64,000 bases of DNA. Origin: Parasphingorhabdus sp. (GTDB taxonomy: Bacteria; Pseudomonadota; Alphaproteobacteria; Sphingomonadales; Sphingomonadaceae). Within the stretch, counting starts at the first letter, position 1. Each line of letters opens with the position of its first letter. Under the pieces are notes generated by a model. That model was not told the DNA's origin. It saw nothing but the letters and a program-made list of their open reading frames with translations, and searched no databases. Positions 20,003 through 29,109 of the stretch are shown here, in pieces. The position numbers and the translations under genes are program-made. The DNA is taken from assembly GCA_039978835.1 (NCBI GenBank), contig JBDWAQ010000005.1, positions 586,631 through 650,630 on the forward strand. The letters run 5' to 3'.

Positions 20003-20793
20003 CGGCGGGCAGCTTCCTCACCGACGACGGTTGCCGGATAGTCTATGATTATCAGCCCCGGACAGGCACACCGGTTATTCTGTTCTCTCCTTCGCTAGGT
20101 ACGGCAATGGCGCTTTTCGACGCGCAGGCAGAGGCGTTGGGAGCGCATTTTTCCGTGCTGCGCTATGATATGCGTGGCCATGGCGCATCCGATGCACCGG
20201 ATGGCGGCTATGCAATGGACCGGCTGGGCAGGGATGTTGTCGAGCTGCTTGATCATCTCGAGATTGAAAAAGCGCATTTTCTGGGCGTTTCGCTGGGCGG
20301 TATGACCGGACAATGGTTAGGTTACCGCGCGCCGGAGCGGATTGATCGGCTGATACTGGCCAATACTTCGGCCTATATGGGACCCCCGGCCGGCTGGGAG
20401 GATCGCATCGCGGCGGTTCTGGAAAGTGGGATGGGGCCGATGGTTGAACCGGTTCTGGAGCGTTGGTTCACACCAGATTTTCGGGAGTCCGGCGATGCAG
20501 CAGTAGAGAAAATAGGCCAGCTTCTGGAACGGACCAAAGCGACGGGCTATGCCGGTTGTTCTGCTGCCATTCGGGACATGGATATGCGCCCGATCCTGTC
20601 GTTGATTTCTGTTCCTACCTTAGTCGTTGCGGGACTCAGAGACCCGGCAACACCGCCGGAACATGCACAGTATCTCGCAAATAATATTCCGGATGCAAGT
20701 TTCGTTGAACTGAATGCCGCGCATCTTAGCAACGTTGAGTTACCTGACGAGTTCTCGGTTGCAGTGCGCAATTTTCTGGGGGTTCCATCGTGA
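19999..20793 (+). CDS. pcaD: 3-oxoadipate enol-lactonase
   Basis: YDMRGHG, GVSLGG and AAHLSNVE motifs; in the cat operon. Confidence 0.88.
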   Translation: MTAGSFLTDDGCRIVYDYQPRTGTPVILFSPSLGTAMALFDAQAEALGAHFSVLRYDMRGHGASDAPDGGYAMDRLGRDVVELLDHLEIEKAHFLGVSLGGMTGQWLGYRAPERIDRLILANTSAYMGPPAGWEDRIAAVLESGMGPMVEPVLERWFTPDFRESGDAAVEKIGQLLERTKATGYAGCSAAIRDMDMRPILSLISVPTLVVAGLRDPATPPEHAQYLANNIPDASFVELNAAHLSNVELPDEFSVAVRNFLGVPS

Positions 20794-21968
20794 CCGACCT
20801 CAAACAGGATTTTCTGCAAGGCATGAGCTTTGCGGCCGCGACCGTCAACATTGTGACGACCGGCGGTCCAGCTGGGCGCTCTGGTGTGACTGTCTCGGCC
20901 ATGTCATCGGTATCGGCGGACACGGAAAACCCGACATTGCTCGTCTGTGTCAATGATGCCAGCTCTGGCGCTGCGCCGATCATGGAAAATGGGGTGTTCT
21001 GCGTGAATATCTTGCGTGATGATCAATCGTTTATTTCAGACACATTTGCCGGGCGCTATGGTGACAAAGGCGAAGCCAAATTTGCGTGCGGGAATTGGCA
21101 GGAATTAGCCACTGGCGCACCTGCGTTGGAAAACGCGCTGGTTTCGTTTGACTGCCGCCTGACCAATGACGTGGTCGTTGGAACCCATCATGTGTTCTTC
21201 GGTGAAGTACAGGCGATGAAACTCGCGGATACGGGCTTGCCGCTGATTTACGCCAATCGTTCCTATGGTACCCCTTTCAGCTTACCCAATGCCGCACTCG
21301 AAAAATCCTCCCGACAGGAGAAAGTGGACAGGGTCAGGCTCGGTTGCCTCAATTCCTTCGGCCCATTTATACTGCCCGAGCTGCTGACCGGTATTCAAAA
21401 AAAGCAACCGTCCCTGCAGATTGAAGTGATCGAAGGGGATCAGGCGCAGGCGGTTGATGCAGCAGCCAGTCACGATGTGGATTTTTCGATCGTTTATGAT
21501 CGGCATTTGCCGGATAGTTTATCTGTAAAACCGCTGGCCGAGCTGCGACCCTATATTCTGCTTCCCGAAAGTCATATTTTGGCGAACGAGAAATCCGTTT
21601 CATTGGCGCAGCTTCAAACAGATCCGCTCATTCTTCTCGATGCACCACTCAGTCGCGAATATTTCCTGTCGCTATTTGAGGCCGCCGGTCTGAAACCTCA
21701 AATCGGAATGCGAACGTCGTCGTTTGAGCTGGTTCGTTCGATGGTGGCCAATGGTGCGGGCTATGCGTTGCTAGTGACCAAGCCAGCCAATATGATGAGT
21801 TATGATGGCAAGCCGTTGGTCACCAAACAGATTACCGATGATGTCGAAAAAATTGGCATCTCAATCGCCGGCCGTGCCGACACTGATCTGTCCGAAGCGG
21901 CAAAATCGGTCGAATTATATTGTCAGGAATATTTTGCGGAACTGCGAAACAGTAACAACACACCCTAG
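20790..21968 (+). CDS. Flavin reductase (IacG/HpaC-like) fused to a LysR substrate-binding domain, no HTH
   Basis: About aa 1-160: GRSGVTVSAMSSVS...PTLLVCVN...GTHHVFFGEV...PLIY. After a linker of about 25 aa comes a LysR effector domain (RLGCLNSFGPFILPELL...EGDQ...DFSIVYD...LVRSMVANGAGYALL). Confidence 0.8.
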   Translation: MTDLKQDFLQGMSFAAATVNIVTTGGPAGRSGVTVSAMSSVSADTENPTLLVCVNDASSGAAPIMENGVFCVNILRDDQSFISDTFAGRYGDKGEAKFACGNWQELATGAPALENALVSFDCRLTNDVVVGTHHVFFGEVQAMKLADTGLPLIYANRSYGTPFSLPNAALEKSSRQEKVDRVRLGCLNSFGPFILPELLTGIQKKQPSLQIEVIEGDQAQAVDAAASHDVDFSIVYDRHLPDSLSVKPLAELRPYILLPESHILANEKSVSLAQLQTDPLILLDAPLSREYFLSLFEAAGLKPQIGMRTSSFELVRSMVANGAGYALLVTKPANMMSYDGKPLVTKQITDDVEKIGISIAGRADTDLSEAAKSVELYCQEYFAELRNSNNTP

Positions 21969-22711
21969 CGCAGATACAGTCCGCCATTGACGTCATAGGT
22001 TGCACCTATGGCCGATACTGCAGCAGGGTCGGCCAATAACAGAACCAGCTTTGCGATATAATCGGGATCGCCGAGAACACCGGCGGGAATGGATCTGGTT
22101 ACGGCTTCCAACTTGTCGGGCGGCAGCAGGGAGCGAACGGAATCCAGGTCCAGCGGCCCTGGCGATATTGCATTGACGGTCACGCCATCGGCGGCGAGAT
22201 CGCGGGCAAAGACCTTGGTGAGAGTCATGATGCCGCCCTTGGACGCTGCATAGTGGGCGCCCGTTGCCGCGCCACCATTTTGACCGGCCAAAGAGGCCAT
22301 ATTGATGATCCGTCCATAGCCGCTTTCACGCATATGCCGTCCCAGCACCTGACAGCCGACAAACGTACCTTTCAGCGCAATTGCGGTAACTGCGTCAAAT
22401 TCTTCGGGAGAAATGTCGAACAGCGGCGTTGTTTTTGTCAGTGCCGCGTTGTTGATTAGAACGCCGACACCGCCCCATTTTTCGCTGGCCAGTTCTACGA
22501 CCGCACGAAAGCTCTCGGGATCGCGCACGTCCAATATGGTGGTTGTTACCTCTCCGCCTATCTCCGCCGCAGCAGATTCAAGACCACTGGCATCAACATC
22601 AGTCATGACAACCCGATATCCTGCACCAGCAAGGCGATTGGAGATTACCGCACCCAGTCCGCCTGCGGCCCCGGTGACAATAGCCACGTTATGATGCGCG
22701 GGTATCGTCAT
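21965..22711 (-). CDS. iacE: Short-chain dehydrogenase of the IAA pathway
   Basis: TGAAGGLG, NNAA and YAASKGG motifs; position directly after the dioxygenase beta subunit. Confidence 0.8.
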   Translation of the reverse strand: MTIPAHHNVAIVTGAAGGLGAVISNRLAGAGYRVVMTDVDASGLESAAAEIGGEVTTTILDVRDPESFRAVVELASEKWGGVGVLINNAALTKTTPLFDISPEEFDAVTAIALKGTFVGCQVLGRHMRESGYGRIINMASLAGQNGGAATGAHYAASKGGIMTLTKVFARDLAADGVTVNAISPGPLDLDSVRSLLPPDKLEAVTRSIPAGVLGDPDYIAKLVLLLADPAAVSAIGATYDVNGGLYLR

Positions 22712-23196
22712 AGCAAAAAAGTTATCCCGGCAAGGGCGTCCGTAGAGTTTATCAAACGCACGATTTTCCGGACGACTTTAAAGCTATCGCCGTAAGGTCG
22801 TAAAGACCATGTAACGTTGGCCGCATAGATACCATGCTTGTCGAATTTATACTGCACCAGATTTTGTGCACAGCGAATATGGATGTTGTCGTCGCCGTCA
22901 TTTTCAAGCCGGCGAAACCGTGAAACCGTACGCAATGTGTGGGCCGCGTGAGCAGCCGACATCGATTGCCCGCTGGACAATCTGCGTACGCGCATGTCGC
23001 GCATGGCGCCGCCGTCATAGGCATAATTCAGACTATTCTCGAAATCCGTTTCGAGTGGATCAATCGGGATGATATATTTCCCGTCATCGTCCCACAATGT
23101 GAGCCATTCCTGATAGTCCTTCTGGTCGAGCAAATCCGCCTCAAACCAGATAAATTCTGCTGCGGCGGCCAGATCGGTTTTCAGCTTCTGGTTCAT
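22708..23196 (-). CDS. iacD: Aromatic ring-hydroxylating dioxygenase beta subunit
   Basis: EFIWFEADLLD...WLTLW...YIIP. ATGA overlap with the alpha subunit. Confidence 0.85.
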   Translation of the reverse strand: MNQKLKTDLAAAAEFIWFEADLLDQKDYQEWLTLWDDDGKYIIPIDPLETDFENSLNYAYDGGAMRDMRVRRLSSGQSMSAAHAAHTLRTVSRFRRLENDGDDNIHIRCAQNLVQYKFDKHGIYAANVTWSLRPYGDSFKVVRKIVRLINSTDALAGITFLL

Positions 23197-24428
23197 GCGA
23201 CCATCATCCTTTTCCACATTTGATAGGCGGCCCGCATCCCGGTTTCAGCGGTTACATCGCCGGCATTGGTGGTGGTTTTGTCCTCTCCGCGATTGAGCAT
23301 GATCCAGATGTCATCCTCTCCGGCTTCGGAACCGCGCTGGACACGCTCCCATGCTTCCGCATCATCGGGCGTACCAAAGCCCATGGGTCCCTGAAAATGT
23401 TCGTGCAGCCGCAGCCGTGCCTGATTGGCTGCAGCCGGGCCGCCGTCCATGCCAATGGCGATATGGCGAATTTCGGTTTCCTCGACCGAAAGGGGTCGCA
23501 GCACCCGGAAAAAGGCCATGGAACAGGCCAGATTGGGAAACAGGTTGACGTTGAATCCGGTTCCGGTGACCGCGCGAACGATCCGACGAACTTCCTCTTC
23601 GCTATGATCCTGACGCAAATCTTCCGCCAGTTCGGCAAAGCGTTCTGGAATGGGATCATCAAGATTGGCTTCCAGATCCACCAGTTCGGGGATCATCACC
23701 ATGACGCTGTGACCATTGCCAAGATCTTCGACATAGCCGCCTGCATCCATAAAGGAAAATAGCTGTTCCGTGTCGCCATCCAGCGAGGTCAGGAAGCTTT
23801 TGTGAACCACCGGAAAATGATAGGCGTCGGTGGTGTTCTCCAGCTGGATTTTCCAGTTACCAGGGAAGGTAAACTTATGTTCACCCATGGTTTTGACCGG
23901 AAACCCGCCGCCCTGTTTCATGAACAGGTCGATCCACGGTTTTGCCCGACCCAAAAATTCATCGAGCGGTTGTACATCATCATTCATGGTCGCAAAGATC
24001 AGACCATTATAGCTTTCGGTCCGCAGCGTGATCAGGCCATATTCCGACTTGTCAAAATCCTTATAGCCTTTGGGCAAAGGCAAGCCTTTCAGGCTTCCAT
24101 CCTGTCCATAAGTCCACGCGTGGTAGGGACAGACAAAGCCAACCGCATTGCCCTTCTTATGCTCGCAAATCGTCGCGCCGCGATGGCGGCAGCGGTTGAG
24201 CATCACGCGTATTTCACCCTTTTTGTCGCGATTGACGATCACTGGCTGGCGGCCAATATGAGTGGTTACAAAGTCACTGGGATTGGGCAGTTCGCTTTCA
24301 TGAGCAACCCAGACCCAGGTCTGGTTGAAGATGCGATCAATCTCTTCCTCAAAAATTGCAGGATCTTTGTAAAGTGATGTGTGAACGCGATCTGGTTTCA
24401 CAAGGTCTTCATAGGACACGGATGTCAT
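23193..24428 (-). CDS. iacC: Rieske ring-hydroxylating dioxygenase alpha subunit
   Basis: CRHRG...CPYH Rieske ligands and DAYHFPVVH mononuclear-iron motif; cluster context. Confidence 0.88.
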   Translation of the reverse strand: MTSVSYEDLVKPDRVHTSLYKDPAIFEEEIDRIFNQTWVWVAHESELPNPSDFVTTHIGRQPVIVNRDKKGEIRVMLNRCRHRGATICEHKKGNAVGFVCPYHAWTYGQDGSLKGLPLPKGYKDFDKSEYGLITLRTESYNGLIFATMNDDVQPLDEFLGRAKPWIDLFMKQGGGFPVKTMGEHKFTFPGNWKIQLENTTDAYHFPVVHKSFLTSLDGDTEQLFSFMDAGGYVEDLGNGHSVMVMIPELVDLEANLDDPIPERFAELAEDLRQDHSEEEVRRIVRAVTGTGFNVNLFPNLACSMAFFRVLRPLSVEETEIRHIAIGMDGGPAAANQARLRLHEHFQGPMGFGTPDDAEAWERVQRGSEAGEDDIWIMLNRGEDKTTTNAGDVTAETGMRAAYQMWKRMMVA

Positions 24429-24961
24429 TTTATCGCTCCATCTTTTGAATTATCTGGTACCGGAATATCTTCGGCGTCGGTCCAGCGATCGACACGACGC
24501 GCAAAAATATTGGTGCTGCGGAAACGGGAAATACGCCACGTGCCATCTTCATTCCGGAAATCGATATTCAGACAGGCACTACGCAAATCCGATTTGTCAT
24601 CTGCATAAGTCGAACATTGGAGCATCATCCAGGCACCGCTTGCAGTGGCGCCGGAGACCTGAATATCTTCCGCAGAAAAGAAATGGCCGGTCATCGCAAA
24701 ATGTGGGTCGGGCGCGCAATAACTACCAATCATGGCGACAATCGCGTCGCGGCCTTGATAACCACCAAAGGCCTTTGCATATCGCCCCTTGCCTTCCCAC
24801 AAGGCATCGATCGTGAACAATTCGCCCAGATCATCCAGCGGAGTGTCCGGTCCCAGATCATCGCAGATCTGGAAATAGCGCGCCATCAACTGCCGGATTG
24901 CACTTTCCGATTCCAATCGCTCCAAACGTTGGCTCAGGTCCGAAAGAGAGATGTCACTCAT
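24425..24961 (-). CDS. iacI: SnoaL/NTF2-like protein
   Basis: RLESESAIRQLMARY...LFT.DA.W.G pattern; lies between iacB and iacC as in iacHABICDE clusters. Confidence 0.72.
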   Translation of the reverse strand: MSDISLSDLSQRLERLESESAIRQLMARYFQICDDLGPDTPLDDLGELFTIDALWEGKGRYAKAFGGYQGRDAIVAMIGSYCAPDPHFAMTGHFFSAEDIQVSGATASGAWMMLQCSTYADDKSDLRSACLNIDFRNEDGTWRISRFRSTNIFARRVDRWTDAEDIPVPDNSKDGAIK

Positions 24962-25317
24962 TCAGGCATCACCAGTTCGCGGCCAATGCGGGCTTCGACG
25001 CGCATATATTTCCATAAGCGATAGTCACTCACTTCGGTGGTGCGAAACAGGTTACAGGCTTCTACAACGGTTTCACGCGTGTCGACATGGGCCAATATGT
25101 AAAAGGTCCATGGAAAACCGGTTGGCGATGTGCCGACCATGGTTTCATCATCATCCATCGTGCCAATCACTTCGACACCAGGGATCTCGCGCATGATACG
25201 GAGCATTTTTCCGGTCGCTTTCAAAACGTCCATGATATCTGCGGAGGGCAGATCAAAAAACGATTGCAGTACTGCACCGCAAAAGAGCACACGTAGTTTT
25301 TCAGGTTGGTCATTCAT
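24958..25317 (-). CDS. iacB: IacB-family protein
   Basis: 119 aa, LRVLFC...FFD...DDDETMVG...FPWTFYIL...LWKY..VEARIGR, directly after iacA. Confidence 0.78.
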   Translation of the reverse strand: MNDQPEKLRVLFCGAVLQSFFDLPSADIMDVLKATGKMLRIMREIPGVEVIGTMDDDETMVGTSPTGFPWTFYILAHVDTRETVVEACNLFRTTEVSDYRLWKYMRVEARIGRELVMPE

Positions 25318-25348
25318 CAGTCGATCCTTTGTCTGTTATGCTGTTCGC

Positions 25349-26494
25349 TTATGGATATCCCGGAGGCGCTCCGTTGCCGAGCAATACGGAGCCGCCCGAT
25401 TGCCAAGTTTCATCGTTCATAAAGGCGTGCTGGGCGACAACCATCGCGTCTTGCACGTGACGGGATAGCGGGTGTGTGTTGAAGATACCGGTAGTGCCCG
25501 ACATCTCGAAAGCGCGGCGCGTGACATCGGCGCCAACGCGTGCCGCATTGGTTGATGCAATGCGGATCATCGCCAGTTCCTTTTGCGACAACTCGTCGCC
25601 AGCGACAATCACCTCCCACGCCTTTTCAGTCACTTCATAGAACCACGCCCGAGCTGACCCCAAAGCGGCTTCCATTTGCGAATAAGCGATCTGAAAATTG
25701 GGTCGATCCGACATGGACGGTGCGCCGGTGATGGAATTTTTACGGGTGGCGAGGCGGACGATCTCATCAATGGCCTCACGTGCGACACCCAATCCGACAA
25801 CCGCGAGCACTTGTGCGGCAATGCCCATGCTTGGGTAACGATAGGCCGGTGTATCGATGGTTGGTGCGGCGCCGCGAATGAGCGTATAATGCTCGGGGAC
25901 AAGAACGTTATCTACAACCAGATCATGACTGCCGGTGGCCAGCATGCCCATAACGTCCCAGTTTTCCTCGATTGAAATTTTGCTGCGCGGCATGACGGCC
26001 ATACGCGGCAGGCCTCCACCTTCGCCTTCGATCTTTATACCAACGCCGATCAGCGAGGCACCCATTGAACCGCTGCCAAAGCCCCAACGGCCTTTGACCC
26101 GGTAGCCACCTGCTTCCTTGACCGCCAATTGTGGCGGGAAAACCGCACCGGCAAAGACGATATCAGGTGTATCGGCATATATTTCAGCCAGTGTGTCGGC
26201 GGGAAGCGAGGAGAGATATTTGGTTGCAAAGCCAAAGCTGGCAACCCAACCGGTCGATCCATCGGCGGAGGAAATTTGCTCAATCACGCGAAGGAATTCC
26301 ATTGGCGTCTTCTCGGTTCCGCCAAATTGTTTCGGAACAAAGGCGCGATAAATTCCGGCAGACTGAAACCGCTCGATGATATCCTGTGAGATATGCCCCT
26401 GCTCATGAAATTCCGAACGCCGTGCGCGGATATCATCCAGCAGAGCGGAAAAATCGCTATCCTGATCTTCTTCCTTCAGTTTCACTACGCTCAT
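25349..26494 (-). CDS. iacA: Flavin-dependent monooxygenase, acyl-CoA dehydrogenase fold (indole-3-acetate oxygenase)
   Basis: GIYRAFVPKQFGG, DGSTGWVASFG, W.VMGMLATGSHD motifs. Start set at ATG 26494 after GAGGAG. Confidence 0.82.
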   Translation of the reverse strand: MSVVKLKEEDQDSDFSALLDDIRARRSEFHEQGHISQDIIERFQSAGIYRAFVPKQFGGTEKTPMEFLRVIEQISSADGSTGWVASFGFATKYLSSLPADTLAEIYADTPDIVFAGAVFPPQLAVKEAGGYRVKGRWGFGSGSMGASLIGVGIKIEGEGGGLPRMAVMPRSKISIEENWDVMGMLATGSHDLVVDNVLVPEHYTLIRGAAPTIDTPAYRYPSMGIAAQVLAVVGLGVAREAIDEIVRLATRKNSITGAPSMSDRPNFQIAYSQMEAALGSARAWFYEVTEKAWEVIVAGDELSQKELAMIRIASTNAARVGADVTRRAFEMSGTTGIFNTHPLSRHVQDAMVVAQHAFMNDETWQSGGSVLLGNGAPPGYP

Positions 26495-26507
26495 ATTCTC
26501 TCTCTCC

Positions 26508-27641
26508 TCATCCTTCAATCGGCACCAGGCCAGCAAGCGCGCAAAGCGCTTCGTCCTGGTTCATTTTTCCCACAAGCTGCATGGCAACCGGACTTCCCTC
26601 AATCTCTCCGATGGGAAGCGATATGGCCGGATGCCCTGACAGATTAAACGGACGGCATGTTGTGGTAATGGGAATGGCTGCTGCAGCATCCTTCGCCGCG
26701 ATCAATGTGGGTACGGGGCAAGGCATGCTTGGCAGGACCAGCGCGTCGACCAGTTCCAATGCGGCATCAACCTGGGCGCGAAAAGCGATCCGGATATCCT
26801 CCGCTTTTTGTAATTGTGCATCGGTAATCTGTTTCGCAGCGGTCAGCCGATCGGCAACATCCTGCCCGACCTGTCCTGTTTCCAGCAAGTGAGCAAAGGC
26901 ATTTGCAGTTTCATGTCCGATGATTTTCATGCCCGCATCGACGGCATCCATGAACAAAGGTAACGTAACTTCAGTAACATTGAAAATCGCCTTGGCCTGC
27001 TTCCGGACCATGTTCGCAATCGGCGCATCGGATTGGGTCGTCACAAAACCAACGCGTCCCGGTGTAATGGGACCTACCGGTTTCCAATTCGGGACCAGTA
27101 TTGCCATGGCCCGGGCAATCATATCAACCGACATGGCAAAGGGGCCGATGCAATCCAGGCTGCTTTTATCTGGCACGGCGCCAATCCTGCTAACCCGTCC
27201 ATATGTGGGTTTCAGGCCGGCAATACCGCAACATGTGGCAGGTACGCGGATCGAGCCGCCAGTATCTGTACCAATCGCGAAGTCGACGATATTGGCGGCG
27301 ACCGCAGCAGCAGATCCACTAGAGGAACCACCCGGGATCAGATCAGGATATCTGGGGTTTATCGGAGTCCCGGTCCAATGATTGACGCCGGTGACACCAA
27401 AGGCCAGCTCATGCATATTGGTGCGACCGATCAATCGGCAGCTTGCGGTTTCAAGAGCTGAGATAACATCGGCTGAATCATTTGCGGGTTCAGCATTGGA
27501 AAGAGCCTCGCATCCTCCGCCGGTCACTTCGCCTTTGCGGTTGAGAACGTCCTTGTATGCGACGCGCAGTCCATCCCCTGAAGCAGGAAATTGCTCCAGA
27601 AAAATGACTGATTGATCGCACATTAAGGCCATAGCTGTCAT
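26508..27641 (-). CDS. iacH: Amidase-signature family protein
   Basis: [14 protein letters not shown] and [12 protein letters not shown] (Ser-cisSer-Lys triad); first gene of the iac operon. Start uncertain. Confidence 0.78.
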   Translation of the reverse strand: MTAMALMCDQSVIFLEQFPASGDGLRVAYKDVLNRKGEVTGGGCEALSNAEPANDSADVISALETASCRLIGRTNMHELAFGVTGVNHWTGTPINPRYPDLIPGGSSSGSAAAVAANIVDFAIGTDTGGSIRVPATCCGIAGLKPTYGRVSRIGAVPDKSSLDCIGPFAMSVDMIARAMAILVPNWKPVGPITPGRVGFVTTQSDAPIANMVRKQAKAIFNVTEVTLPLFMDAVDAGMKIIGHETANAFAHLLETGQVGQDVADRLTAAKQITDAQLQKAEDIRIAFRAQVDAALELVDALVLPSMPCPVPTLIAAKDAAAAIPITTTCRPFNLSGHPAISLPIGEIEGSPVAMQLVGKMNQDEALCALAGLVPIEG

Positions 27642-27770
27642 TGGCTCCCAATATTTCAATGGCCCTGTACGGCCATTCAACAGAAGCAACATAAACCATC
27701 ACAGCACTATCGGGACATGAGTTCTACTTATGCGGTTGCCTGAATCTATTTTGTTCCAGGCTGGGAAAAA

Positions 27771-29108
27771 TCAAGGGCAGCGTGTTTCCTCGCATTTGAA
27801 AACTTCGCCATTTTTCATTACGAATTTCACCGATTGTAGCGTTGAAATATCGGTGAGAGGGTTTCCTTCAACGGAAATGATGTCAGCCAGTTTTCCCACT
27901 TCCAGTGTCCCGAGATCTTTGCTTTTGTCAATCAAATCGGCGGCATGTACTGTTGCTGACTTGATCGCATCGGATGCGGGCATTCCGGCCTTAACGTAAA
28001 AAACGAGTTCATCTGCATTTTTACCATGCTTCGTTACACCAGCATCGCTTCCAGCAGCAATTTTTACACCTGCTCGATAGGCCGCCATGAAGTTCTTGGC
28101 ATGACCATCAATGAAACCTTGCATTACAGTGCGCATTGGACCTTGCGCCTTCTTTAACCCTGCACGGACGTTATTTTCGACAACTGCTGTTGTAGGGACC
28201 AGGAAGCCACCGTTCCTTTTCAAAATGTCTCTCGCCTCTTGTGGCATAAAAGAACCATGTTCGATTGAATCAGCTCCGGCTTTTACCGAGCGTAAAATAC
28301 CGTCACTGGCATGGCCATGAGCCGCAACCCGCATCTGGCGCGAACGGGCGGTTGCGATTATCGCATCCAATTCATCGTCTAGAAATATTCCCGGAGCATC
28401 TTTCTGACCACAAGGTTTGCTGCCGCTGCAAGTGGCATAGATTTTTATGAGATCGGCGCCCATATCAATTTGCCGGCGAACCGCACGGCGGCAACCTTCC
28501 ACGCCGGAACACGCGCCCGGATCATCACCGGAACCGGGATGAAGTGTGTGCATGGCCGTTAAAATCCGTGGTCCATCAATTCGGCCAGCATTGATTGCCT
28601 GTTTTAGTGCCGGTATATGCCATCCGAAGCTGCCAACATTGCGTACAGTTGTATAGCCAGCCATCAGCGTTTTGTTGGCATAGCCAATTGCATTGATCAT
28701 CCCGGAAACATCATCTTTTTGGTTTTTATCAAGTCCGGCGATTTCATCTGCTACGCCTCTTAGTTTGAAATCATTGGCATCATACTGAAAAGAAAGATGC
28801 ACGTGCATGTCCATCAGACCGGGTAGAACAAACCGGTCCTTCATATCGATGACATGGTTATCATCTTCATTGTCCTGCGGCGGTGAAACAAACCCGTCTG
28901 CAATCGATTCAATGCGGTCGTTGCGAACTATAATGGTCTTGTTTGACAGCACGGATTGGCCAGGTTCAGCTAGCAACTGGCCTGCATGGACATATGTCAC
29001 CCGGTCCGGTTTCTCAGCCTCCGTCTGTTCGGCATCTTCCGCCTCAGCCATTGCGGGAGAGGACAGGATTGTCGCAGCAACAAGTGCACTGGCCAAAATA
29101 TTTCTCAT
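27771..29108 (-). CDS. Secreted metal-dependent amidohydrolase (Xaa-Pro dipeptidase-like)
   Basis: Signal peptide, PGLMDMHVH, GADLIKIYA, AAHGH, IEHG and AGSDAG motifs. Confidence 0.85.
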   Translation of the reverse strand: MRNILASALVAATILSSPAMAEAEDAEQTEAEKPDRVTYVHAGQLLAEPGQSVLSNKTIIVRNDRIESIADGFVSPPQDNEDDNHVIDMKDRFVLPGLMDMHVHLSFQYDANDFKLRGVADEIAGLDKNQKDDVSGMINAIGYANKTLMAGYTTVRNVGSFGWHIPALKQAINAGRIDGPRILTAMHTLHPGSGDDPGACSGVEGCRRAVRRQIDMGADLIKIYATCSGSKPCGQKDAPGIFLDDELDAIIATARSRQMRVAAHGHASDGILRSVKAGADSIEHGSFMPQEARDILKRNGGFLVPTTAVVENNVRAGLKKAQGPMRTVMQGFIDGHAKNFMAAYRAGVKIAAGSDAGVTKHGKNADELVFYVKAGMPASDAIKSATVHAADLIDKSKDLGTLEVGKLADIISVEGNPLTDISTLQSVKFVMKNGEVFKCEETRCP

Positions 29109-29109
29109 A

